From positions 736,001 to 800,000 of the forward strand of contig OZ242214.1 in assembly GCA_965206595.1 (NCBI GenBank): a stretch of 64,000 nt of DNA, read 5' to 3'. The position numbers were made by a program, and so were the translations under genes. The notes below the pieces were generated by a model. It was given only the letters and a program-made list of their open reading frames with translations, made no database searches and was not told the DNA's origin. Source of the stretch: Candidatus Latescibacterota bacterium (GTDB lineage Bacteria; Latescibacterota; UBA2968; UBA8231). Below are positions 1 through 9,069 of this stretch, in pieces; position 1 is the stretch's first letter, and every line of letters begins with the position of its first letter.

Positions 1-1854
1 CCGAAGGCGTCTGCCTTTTCCCACACGACCAGGGACTCGGCCTGCAAGCTCCATCCCTGTTCACCGTCGCCGGCGACCTTGCGGAAGTTCTCCGGGGCAA
101 GCAGGGCGTCGAGCCGCCGCGCCGCCCGCTCGTAGCGCCGGCCGGCGTTACTCGTTCCACGACACCGGACGGCACCAGTCCGGCAGCGCTCCGTTCGCGT
201 GCTCCAGCAACAGGTCGCACAGCGTCCGCGAGGACAACGCCAGGATGTCCTTCGGCAGCGGCTCATCGTCGAGTTTGTCCATGATATCGGCGAGGTACCT
301 GCGGTAGAAGTCCGTCGACAGGCGGGTGCGGATCCCTTTGACGCTGGAGTGCAGTTTGTCCGCCAGCGCATGCTTGTGGCTGGGAAGGGAGGTGTTGGTG
401 TAGATCATCAGACACCGCTTCACCATTTCATCCGGGAAGGACTGTGGCTCTGCGTTCATCGAGATGACGAAGCAGGGGTGCTCGTTTACCGGGGGCAGGT
501 TCTCGTCCTTGACGATGTCGAGGCCGTGCTCGGTGAAACGGCGTCGCGTGATGTCGTCGAAAACCACCGGAAAACGCCGGTAGTTCTGCTGCAGCCCGCG
601 CAGGGTGCGGCGCGTGAAGCCGTCCTTCTCGACCGTGCTCGGGTGGCCGAACATGCTGGCGATGATGGTGTCGACCAGACTGGTCTTGCCGCAGTTCGAC
701 TTGCCGTATATCACCGCGAACGAAGGGTAGTGGACGATGTTGGCTCCTTCGACGGTGGCGAGGGCGCGCAGATCGCAGATGAAGGGGGAGACGTAGAGCC
801 ATGACATGAAGGTGAAGTAGTCCCGCTGTAGGCGGTGCACGTCGCCGATGAAGCCGCGCTCGTAGTTGTCGAAGTACTCGACAATCGTCCGGGCGCTCCG
901 GGCCAGCCCCTCGCCGTCGACCTCCAGCGGCACGTTTTCACCTGAAAGCGAGACGTAGCGGGAGTTCCGGTCGATGCTCAGCTGCACCGGTCTGGAATCC
1001 TCCTCCTCCTGCCGCCCCTTGACCCAGCGCAGCTTCTTGATTTCCGCCTTGACCGCAGGAGTCAGAACGAACCTGCCCTTCTCCCGTTTCACCTGCGGCG
1101 TGACGACGCGGTCCACCGGCACCGTAAGCTCCTCCACCCTGTGCACAACCAGCGGCATTGTAAGCTCCTCTGGCGGTGGCGGCTGGAACACCGTGACTCC
1201 TTCTTCCTGGAGCACCGGGGTGTCGGTGAAAGCGATGTCCGCCCCCTTCAGATCCACCGGCAGGTCGATGCGATTGGAAGCGGTCCTCTTCACCGCGTCG
1301 TACTCGCGCGAGTAGTGGTCCCAGGCGCCGTCGTCGTCATCGAATACCAGCAGCGTTTCCGGCTGCTTGCCGGCGAAGGCGCGCTCCGAGAGGTTGGCCG
1401 AGCCGGCGATCACCCGCCGCCGCGGCGGCTCCCCGCCCTCGAGGAGATACAGCTTCGGATGGGCGACGTTCTCCCTAACCACATAGAACTCCGCCTCGCC
1501 GGCGTGGACCTTCTCCAGGATCGCCCGCTGTCTTTCGTCCCTGAGCTTGAGGGCGGCCTCCCTCAATTGAGTGACGAGGAATTGCTGAAAGGCGATGACG
1601 TCGGCGAAACGCCCCAGGCCGGCCTCGTACCCGAAGACGCATTCGAAGCGCTGGAACCCGTGCCGCTCCAGCATTCGGAGGATCATCGGCGTGCTGACCG
1701 AGTAGGTCAGCGCGCGCATCGTTTCGAAGCCGTCGAACAGGGACCAGGTGAAGGGCTCGGCGCTCCGGAAGCTGGCGGTGACTACCTGCAGCCCCTTCCG
1801 GGAGGTTGAGTCGGGATCCTCGAAGTCGAGGAGGTTTTGCCGGCCGCCGATCAT
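1..1854 (-). CDS. PLD-family nuclease fused to P-loop NTPase; interrupted by a +1 frameshift at ~149 and continuing past the left window edge
   Basis: HPKLYLL...IAGSANLS (PLD HxK/GSxN motif), Walker A YGKSNCGKTS, Walker B VVFDD. The stop at 148-150 lies in GAG-TAAC-GCC; removing one A gives ...WNEYAGRRYERAARRLDALLAPENFRKV... open to position 1. Confidence 0.75.
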
Positions 1855-1912
1855 CGAGTGGTGATCCGCGCCTGCTCGCCGGCTCCGTCCCGCTCGTACA
1901 TCAGCGCCCTTG

Positions 1913-2572
1913 TCACGCTGAGGTCATCTCGTGGGCCGCTTCTTCGAGCTCTTCGAGCAGGGGTATTTCTTCGGTTCCGTAGCCGAAGCGGGCGTAGACC
2001 TCTTCGACCAACTGCCAGCAGGCCTGAGCGGGGACGAAACCGGATGCCAGCGTCAACTCCCGACCGACGATGTGGTCGCCGCCGTACCGTTTCGAATCTT
2101 CCGCGAAGAGCGGATTTCCCGGGTGTCCCGATGGAAGAACAAACCCGTTTACGTTGCGGTACTCCTGCCTCATGCGAAGATCCACGCCGACGTCGCACAG
2201 CTTGAAAAGGGCCCTGGCGACCGAAAGAAAAGTGAGGGGCATTTCCTGGACGGCGTAAGGATACAACCAGTCTGCATCCGCAAAGCGGGATTGCTCCTTG
2301 AACCATTGAAAGGAGGCGTTCCTCAGGGGAGATCGCAGTTCGAAATAACCGTTTTCGAGCAGGACGATTTCCTGTCCGGTCATTCCGGTGCCTTCGATTC
2401 CCTCGGGCGTCAGTTGCGTTCTCCCGAGCCCGCGATAACCGAAGCCTCCCGGGCGCAGACCAGGAGGACTCATCAGCAGAGATCTTACCCCCTCGCTCCT
2501 GGTGCATACCGCAGCGCTGTCGAGCCGCTCGGGAACGATGAAGATCCGGTAGGTGGGCTTGGGATCGCTCAA
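1913..2572 (-). CDS. Hypothetical protein, partner of the AlbA_2 gene (MSDPKPTYRIFIVP...)
   Basis: Protein-like ~219-aa ORF. TTG start preceded by a purine-rich tract (CAGGAAACAGAGGA) and overlapping the reconstructed TGA stop of the upstream gene. Confidence 0.65.
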   Translation of the reverse strand: MSDPKPTYRIFIVPERLDSAAVCTRSEGVRSLLMSPPGLRPGGFGYRGLGRTQLTPEGIEGTGMTGQEIVLLENGYFELRSPLRNASFQWFKEQSRFADADWLYPYAVQEMPLTFLSVARALFKLCDVGVDLRMRQEYRNVNGFVLPSGHPGNPLFAEDSKRYGGDHIVGRELTLASGFVPAQACWQLVEEVYARFGYGTEEIPLLEELEEAAHEMTSA

Positions 2573-3311
2573 TCCTCTGTTTCCTGTGTATCGGCACCGG
2601 CGGTCTGCCGGGATCGCTGGTCCATGTCTGGTCCATGTACTCAATTAGCTGGTCGACATCGGTGACCGCAAGCGCTCCGGAAGTCGGTGAAACGGCTGTT
2701 TTGAATTCCAGTAGTTCTTGCCGAAGGAAGCGCACCTCAGCTCCCAGTTCGTCCAGTCTGCGGTTGGTTTCCGTTTCCGGGAAATGACTTCGGGCAAGCT
2801 CGGGTCCGAGCTCGGAAATTGGCATGAACCGCACATCGGTACCGTCTCGTTTGACGAAAACCGTTGCATCTCTCCAGCGAAATGCATGTGGCCTCCGGTT
2901 GCTTACAGGAACGCGGATTCCAACGATATCGACGCATTCACCACCGGGGCGTCGGACGGACTTCGGCTGGGCATCTATTTCCCTGATCGGTGGATCAACG
3001 AGTACCTGGCAGGAACTGCGAATGCGCTGGGCGACACTGCTGGCTTTGGAAACATGCTTCATGCCCTTGGCCACGTCGCGCCCCTGTCGCTTTCCTGTTG
3101 TTATGCCGAGGAACAGGTAACCGCCTTCGGCGTTTGCCATGGCCGTCACATCGTGGAGCAACTCAAAATCCCCGTCGTTTCCTTGTTTCCAAGGATCGGA
3201 TTTGAACTCAAGCCAATGATCCTCTGCGGTTCGGGTGTTCACAAGCTCTTCGACTTCTTCCCCGGTTATTTCTTCGATTCGCCGGTTTTCGAACCTTTTC
3301 AATTTTTCCAA
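2569..3311 (-). CDS. Schlafen/AlbA_2 domain protein with an 11-bp duplication near its 3' end
   Basis: EDHWLEFKS, DVTAMANAEGGYLFLGI and FVKRDG are AlbA_2 motifs, followed by a coiled coil. CTGGTCCATGT is duplicated at 2617-2638; removing one copy ends the ORF at TGA 2569-2571. Region is visibly lower in GC than its flanks. Confidence 0.8.
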
Positions 3312-3589
3312 CCCTCTGCGGATGCCGGGGAGTCTTGGCAGAATGAATGTCAGCTAAGTATCCAAATGAATTGACGTTCGAGGCGGTCGACTTTCCCACG
3401 GTAGATCAAAATCCAGTCAAGGAGCATTCCCTCAGTTCCCTACGGAACATCCTGAAATACCCTCTGCTGCTGTTTTTTTTCGATTGTCCGTCGCCCCGGC
3501 GTAACCCCACTCCCTGGCGGGGCCGGCAGCTCCGGGTTTCCCGCCTCATCCTGAAAGCGGCGGGCCAGGCGACAGGCGCGACGCACGCC

Positions 3590-5386
3590 TCATTCCGTCC
3601 CCGCTCCCTGTCTGAGCGCCACCACCGCTCCAGCGTCGAACTCGCCGAAGCGCTCGCTGCTCCCGTCCGGCCAGCGCACGGTCACCTCGAAGACCCGCGT
3701 CTCCTCACCCAACCCGAAGTGCACCTTCGGATCGCTGCTGGCCAGGTAGCTGTAGGCGGCGCGCACGTCGCGGACGAGCCGGCGCTCCCCGGCGCGAAGG
3801 CTGACCGTGGCGCCGAGGGCGTCGCGGCCGTTCTCGAGAACGACCCGGAAGGCGATCCAGCTGCCGCGCGGGGCGGCGACGTTGCGCAGCAGGTGCGCCG
3901 GCCCGTCGCAGTTGGCCACCAGGATGTCGACGCCGCCGTCCCCGTCGACGTCGCCGAAGGCCGCGGCGCGGCTGGTGAGCGCCAGCGGCTCCGCGGTCCC
4001 GCCGCGCGGGAGGGCTTCCTGGAAGAACCCGCCCGGGCCCCCCTTGAACAGCAGGTTCGGCTCGGCGTACGGGTCGTCGGCGTAGCGCCTCTCGCGCACC
4101 TCGACCTTGCCGTTGGCCTCGTACAGGTCGAAGTAGCCGTCGTTGTCGAAATCGAGCCAGCCCATGCCGAAACGGGTGAAGCGGCGGCTGGCCGCCAGCC
4201 CCCGCCCCGCGGTGACGTCGCGGAAGTACCTGCCCTCGTTGAGGTAGTAGGAGTCGGTCTCGTCGTGCATGTTGCAGACCGCGAGGTCGGGGTCGCCGTC
4301 GTCGTCGACGTCCCCGACGGCGATCCCCATGCCGGCCTTGGGCTTGCCGTCCTCGTCGACGGCGCAGCCGGCCATCATGCCGCTCTCCTCGAAACGCTCT
4401 CCCCGGTTGAGCCACAACCGGTCCATGGTCTGGTCGTTGGCGACGAAGACGTCCTGGAGGCCGTCGCCGTCGAAGTCGGCGCAGGCGACGCCGAGCCCGT
4501 TGCCGGCCACAGCCTCGAACCCGGCCGCGGCGCTGACGTCGGTGAAGGTGCCGCCGTCGTTGCGGAAAAGGCGGTCGGGAGTCGGAGCCGCGTAGCTCCG
4601 GGGCCCGCAGAACTCCGGCAGGCCGAGGGTGTTGACGCAGTCGATCTCGGAGTCCGCCCGCCAGCGCAGGTAGTTGACCAGAACGAGGTCGAGGTCGCCG
4701 TCCCGGTCGTAGTCGAAGAAGGCGGCCGAAGCGCCCCAGCCCGGGTCCCCGAGGCCGGACCCGGCGGTCGCGTCCTCGAAGCGGCCGCGGCCGAGGTTCC
4801 GCAGCAGCGCGTTCTCCCCGAGGTTGGTGACGTAGAGATCGACGTCGCTGTCGTTGTCGACGTCGCCGGCCGCCACCCCCATGCCGTAGCCCGGGGCCGC
4901 GGCTGCGGATGCCGGCGCCGCTTCGAAGTAGCCGTTCCCGCGATTGCCGTAGAGCCGGTTCGGCGGCTGCTCGGAGGGGGCGGCGGTGAGACGGCCGCTC
5001 TGGACGAGGTAGGCGTCGAGGTCGCCGTCCCCGTCGGCGTCGACCAGGGCAGCGCCGCCGCCCATGATCTGCGGCAGCCACTTCTCTCCGTCCCGCCCGG
5101 CGCTGTGCAGGAAATCGACACCGCGTTCGGCAGCCACCTCCTCGAACCAGACGGCGGCGGAAGCGGAGGTGGCGGAAGCGGAGGTGCCCTGGGAATCCGG
5201 GGTACCGCCTGCGTCTTCAGCCTTTTCACCGCAGCCGGAAAGCAGGGCGGCCGATACTGCGAGAGCGGCTGCGAGTCCCGGTAATCGACCGCAGGGGCCG
5301 GCCCCAGCCCGGACGGTCTTTTTCAACAGGCTGAAAAGCCTGGGCCCCAGCCGGCCGCCTCTCGTCTCAACCGTCATTCTTTCCAC
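3590..5386 (-). CDS. CRTAC1-family FG-GAP repeat / ASPIC-UnbV lipoprotein
   Basis: Repeated DxDGDGDLD motifs, C-terminal SYLASSDPKVHFGLG...VRWPDG (ASPIC/UnbV), lipobox LLSGC. Confidence 0.9.
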   Translation of the reverse strand: MERMTVETRGGRLGPRLFSLLKKTVRAGAGPCGRLPGLAAALAVSAALLSGCGEKAEDAGGTPDSQGTSASATSASAAVWFEEVAAERGVDFLHSAGRDGEKWLPQIMGGGAALVDADGDGDLDAYLVQSGRLTAAPSEQPPNRLYGNRGNGYFEAAPASAAAAPGYGMGVAAGDVDNDSDVDLYVTNLGENALLRNLGRGRFEDATAGSGLGDPGWGASAAFFDYDRDGDLDLVLVNYLRWRADSEIDCVNTLGLPEFCGPRSYAAPTPDRLFRNDGGTFTDVSAAAGFEAVAGNGLGVACADFDGDGLQDVFVANDQTMDRLWLNRGERFEESGMMAGCAVDEDGKPKAGMGIAVGDVDDDGDPDLAVCNMHDETDSYYLNEGRYFRDVTAGRGLAASRRFTRFGMGWLDFDNDGYFDLYEANGKVEVRERRYADDPYAEPNLLFKGGPGGFFQEALPRGGTAEPLALTSRAAAFGDVDGDGGVDILVANCDGPAHLLRNVAAPRGSWIAFRVVLENGRDALGATVSLRAGERRLVRDVRAAYSYLASSDPKVHFGLGEETRVFEVTVRWPDGSSERFGEFDAGAVVALRQGAGTE

Positions 5387-5467
5387 CCGCCGCGGTTTCT
5401 CAGCCCGACCCCGCAGTATGGTTGCCGGCCGCCAGCCGCGGAAGGGCCGGACACCTGCTTCTCCATT

Positions 5468-6916
5468 TCAATCGGCATTTGTTCCACCCGCCTCGACTTT
5501 GCGCAACTCGGCCCCCAGCCTGCGCGTCGGCTTCCAGCCGCGGGGCGCCAGACGCTCCGCTTCCCGCAATGCCGCCCGGGCTTCCTCCAGCTTCCCCAGC
5601 TCGAGGCGGGCGTGGCCGAGACCCAGCCAGTATCCGGGCCGTGACGGCTCCAGGACGGTCAGGCGGGCGTAGGTTTCCGCGGCGCCGCCGAAGCGGCCCG
5701 CCCGCAGCTGGGCAGCGGCGAGCCACTGCAGCCCGCCGCGGTTTTCGGGGTCGAGGGCAAGGGCCCGGGCACCGGCGTCCAGGGCCCCCTCGGTTCGGCC
5801 TAGCGCTTCGAGAACGCCGGCGCGCCGGAAGTGCGTCATGAACGAGGGGTTCAGCTCGACAGCCCGCTCGGCGTGCGCCAGGGCGCGCTCGAGATTCCCC
5901 GACTGGCGGTAGGCGTCGGAGAGCGCTACCTGCAGCAGGTTGTGCCCGGGGTTGAGCGCCGCGGCGGCCTCGAGCACGCGCACCGCTTCCCGCGGCTTCC
6001 CGCTGCTCATGCAGGCAACCGCCAAGGCATAGCTCAGCGCGCCGTCCCCGGGCCGCTCTTCCACTAGGGCGCGCAGTTTTTCTATGGCATCGGGGACCCG
6101 GCCCTCGGCGAACGCCGCCAGGGCGCGGTCGCGGCGGCCGGCGAAGCCGGCGGCGTACTGATCCTGCCGGCGCTGCCAGGGGTCGTCGAAACGCGGCATG
6201 GAGCCCCCTTGGCCGCGACGAAGGGCCGCTCCCGCCTCCTGCCCGCGGCCGAGGGCGAGGTATGCCCTGCCGAGGAGCTGATGGTAGTAGGGCTCCTGCG
6301 GCTGGCGCGCGGCCAGGCTCTCGAGCAGGGCGGCCGCGGTCCCGGCCTCGCCTCGCTGCAGGGCCAGCCGCGCCAGGCCGGTGGTCCCGGCCACGTCCTG
6401 CGGGTCGAGCCTGCGGGCGCGGCGGAAGTCCTCGCCGGCTCGGTCGAGGTCCCCGGTTTCGAGCCGCCAGAAACCGCGGCGCCAGGCGATCGGGGCGTAG
6501 GTCGTGTCGAGGCTGCCGGCCTGACCCAGGGCTTCGATGGCGGGGGCCAGCGCCCCGGTCCGGGCCCGGGCCAGGCCGAGGCGGTACCAGGCTTCGGGGT
6601 CCTGAGGCCCGATCCGCGCCGCCACCTCGAAGGATGCGGCCGCCTGTTGCGGCAGCTCGTTCGCCGCGAAGGTCATGCCGAGGCGCATCCAGTCGGCGGG
6701 GTCCGTGCGGTCGGCGTCGACTTCGGCGCGGGCCCGTTGAACCGCGGCGGCGACCTCGGCGTCGAGAGGGAAATCCGGGAGCGGCGGCGGACCGGGCAGC
6801 GGGCCGCCGCCCCCCTGGCAGGAGGGGAGCCAGGCGATCAGGACGGCTCCGGCGGCCGCACCGAAAGACCGCCGTCGGCTGGGCAGCCTACCCTTCCTGT
6901 TACTCGCTGGGTCCAT
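5468..6916 (-). CDS. Tetratricopeptide repeat protein (probable lipoprotein)
   Basis: Multiple TPR units (AWYRLGLA, YHQLLGRAY, YWLGLGHA); hydrophobic N-terminus followed by Cys; typical neighbour of CRTAC1-type genes. Confidence 0.85.
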   Translation of the reverse strand: MDPASNRKGRLPSRRRSFGAAAGAVLIAWLPSCQGGGGPLPGPPPLPDFPLDAEVAAAVQRARAEVDADRTDPADWMRLGMTFAANELPQQAAASFEVAARIGPQDPEAWYRLGLARARTGALAPAIEALGQAGSLDTTYAPIAWRRGFWRLETGDLDRAGEDFRRARRLDPQDVAGTTGLARLALQRGEAGTAAALLESLAARQPQEPYYHQLLGRAYLALGRGQEAGAALRRGQGGSMPRFDDPWQRRQDQYAAGFAGRRDRALAAFAEGRVPDAIEKLRALVEERPGDGALSYALAVACMSSGKPREAVRVLEAAAALNPGHNLLQVALSDAYRQSGNLERALAHAERAVELNPSFMTHFRRAGVLEALGRTEGALDAGARALALDPENRGGLQWLAAAQLRAGRFGGAAETYARLTVLEPSRPGYWLGLGHARLELGKLEEARAALREAERLAPRGWKPTRRLGAELRKVEAGGTNAD

Positions 6917-6963
6917 CCGGTGTCCTTTGACTTCGAAGGAAGTGCTCTTCTTCGCGACGCTGT

Positions 6964-8297
6964 TCAGACCCCGCCGAACAGATAGGCGATCTTGCTGAAA
7001 ACAGCCCTGCTGCGATCGCGGTCGCGAACGAAGACTTGAAAGAAATGGCTCTCCGGGGTGAACTCATAGTCGAAAACCGTGGTGCTTGTGAACCGCCATG
7101 GCGCCGACCACGGCACGCTCGCCGACGTCGCGGTTGAGCCGCAGGTGTGAGGAGGTTGGCGCGCCGTCTGGCGTCGCCGTCGTAGCGGTCGATGACTCTG
7201 CCGTACGCGTTTACCGCCGCCCATGTGTAGCCGCCGGTCTTCCCCGTGCCTTTGACGCCGAGATCGATTTTCTGCACGCGGCGGGTGTAGAACAGGCGCA
7301 TGGGGAGATCGAACAGCTCCGCGCCGTCGCGGAAAAAGGGCCGTCGCTCCGGCAGGGACAGCTCGCGGTCGTCGTTGACGTTGATCAGCGTCGGGTCGCT
7401 CTCCAACTGCGAGAAGTCGGGGAACAGCGTCAGGTTGCCGGTCAGGCTGGCAGACGGACGGCAGATCAGGTCGATGCCGGCATCCCCGTCGTCGGCGCGG
7501 TGTTCGAGGGCGCGGTAGCTGGCGTACGGAAGGATGTCGACCTGTCCGGTCCTCGCCGGGACCGCGGCCAGCCGCAGCCCCCGCAGCTCGCCGAACTCGG
7601 AGATACGACCGAAGTCGCCCCCGGTGTCCGACCAGGAATAGGCTTCCCGGTCGATGGGGTGGGCGCGCCAGAAGTTCACCCCCCAGGTCGTGCTCCCGGC
7701 GTCGTACTGCAGCGCCGCGAGAGGAATGGCGAACTCCGCGGTCCAGTGGTCCTCATGCTTGCGCACCTTCGCCTCCCACGACGCGTCCCAGGCGAAGGTG
7801 AAGGCGCTCTCGTTGCTGACCCGCTGGTCCATCTGCGTCTCCAGCGTGTTGATGCCGAAGATGTAGGCGTTGCGGCGGTCGTGGAAGGTGTCGAAGACGA
7901 CCTCGACGGCGTCGTCGTCCCAGACTCGCGTGTCGCGGCGCGTCAGCGTCTCGCGGAGACCGGCCATATCCGGTTCCCAGCAGCGGAAACCGACGTAGAT
8001 CGCCGCGGCGTCGTAGAGGACGTACGCCTCGGTGCGCAGCCGGGCCGGCGCGCCGCGGGTCTGCTGGGCGCGGAAGAAGTCCCCGGCGGCCTCGGCGTTT
8101 CGCCATGCAGGCTCGGAGAGATCGCCGTCGATGCGCGGGGGCAGGTCAAGGCGCAGGGCGGTGACGGACCGGGTGGAGTCGGCGCCTGCGGGGGCGGCCG
8201 CCGCCAGCATGAGAAGCCAGCGCCACAGGCGGAGCCGGCCTCCGAGGTGAGTGAGTACCATCTTTTCAACACTGAGCGCCGTCCTGAACAGTGGCAA
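6964..8297 (-). pseudogene. CBM9-like/DUF5916 outer-membrane protein, frameshifted and internally deleted
   Basis: IDGDLSEPAW, YDAAAIYVGF, WTAEFAIP, PDFSQLESD and ERRPFF motifs. Frameshift at ~7148, then after RLNRDVGERAVVGAMAVHKH the sequence jumps at ~7081 to a barrel-type C-terminus TVFDYEF...AVFSKIAYLFGGV*. Confidence 0.75.
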
Positions 8298-8403
8298 CAG
8301 ACAGGCTGGGAGCTTCCGGGAGCGATCCGTCGTGGCCCCGGAAGCGGCCGGTCAAACCCCTTTCACGCAGGAGAAACCGGAGCCGGCACGGGGCGGCTGG
8401 ATT

Positions 8404-9060
8404 TCAGCGGGGGCAAACCCTTTTGGCGCAGAAGTATCCCCGGGTGCGCGACAGCCGCAGCCCGCTGCGCCAGCTGCCGGCGAAGCCGTCGGCGGCGGTC
8501 TCCCCCACCTCCAGCACCGTCCAGGCCCCGTCGAAGAGGGCCGCATCGCGCCGGTTGGCGTCGGCGCCGAGGCGCAGCAGGATGCGGCGCTGGCCGCCGT
8601 GCTCGCTCTCGAGCACGAGGACCCCGGGGGCCTTCGGGTCCTCGCCGGCCGGATCGCCGACCCGGTGGGCGCCCACCGCCCGGAGGTCGAGGTCGGTGAA
8701 TCCGAACAGCGGTGTGGAGGCGGTGCCCAGCGAGTCGAGCCCCGGCGGCTGCCGGCGCAGGGTGAGGGCGCCGGCAGCCAAGCGGGCGTCGACCCCATTG
8801 ACGACCTGCACCAGGGTCAACCGATAGGAGCCGGCCCTGCCGGCCAGGCTCGCGCCGGCGGGCAGAGGGCCGGAGGCTGGCTCGCAGACCGCCGCCTGGT
8901 CCGGAGGCCCGGGATCCGCCTTCTCCGGCGGCTCTTCCGCCAGGCAGCCGGAGGCAAGGGCCAGAAAGACAGCCACGAGGGAGCCGGCGTATGCAGGCTG
9001 TCGGCCACCCCCGGTCCCTTTAAGGCCTGGCGATGCCGGCCGGGGCAATGGAAGAGCCAT
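8404..9060 (-). CDS. Hypothetical lipoprotein
   Basis: Lipobox LASGC; starts 10 bp after the giant gene; coding-like codon usage. Confidence 0.7.
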   Translation of the reverse strand: MALPLPRPASPGLKGTGGGRQPAYAGSLVAVFLALASGCLAEEPPEKADPGPPDQAAVCEPASGPLPAGASLAGRAGSYRLTLVQVVNGVDARLAAGALTLRRQPPGLDSLGTASTPLFGFTDLDLRAVGAHRVGDPAGEDPKAPGVLVLESEHGGQRRILLRLGADANRRDAALFDGAWTVLEVGETAADGFAGSWRSGLRLSRTRGYFCAKRVCPR

Positions 9061-9069
9061 ATGGCCAGC

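Noticed and set aside
1851-2616. C-terminal half of the 486-aa AlbA_2 ORF in the track
   Set aside because: Arg-rich out-of-frame read-through caused by the 11-bp duplication.
3347-5284. Long antisense/overlapping ORFs (also 11275-13698, 21778-23331, 39332-41602 and others)
   Set aside because: Shadow ORFs of GC-rich genes with no recognisable motifs.
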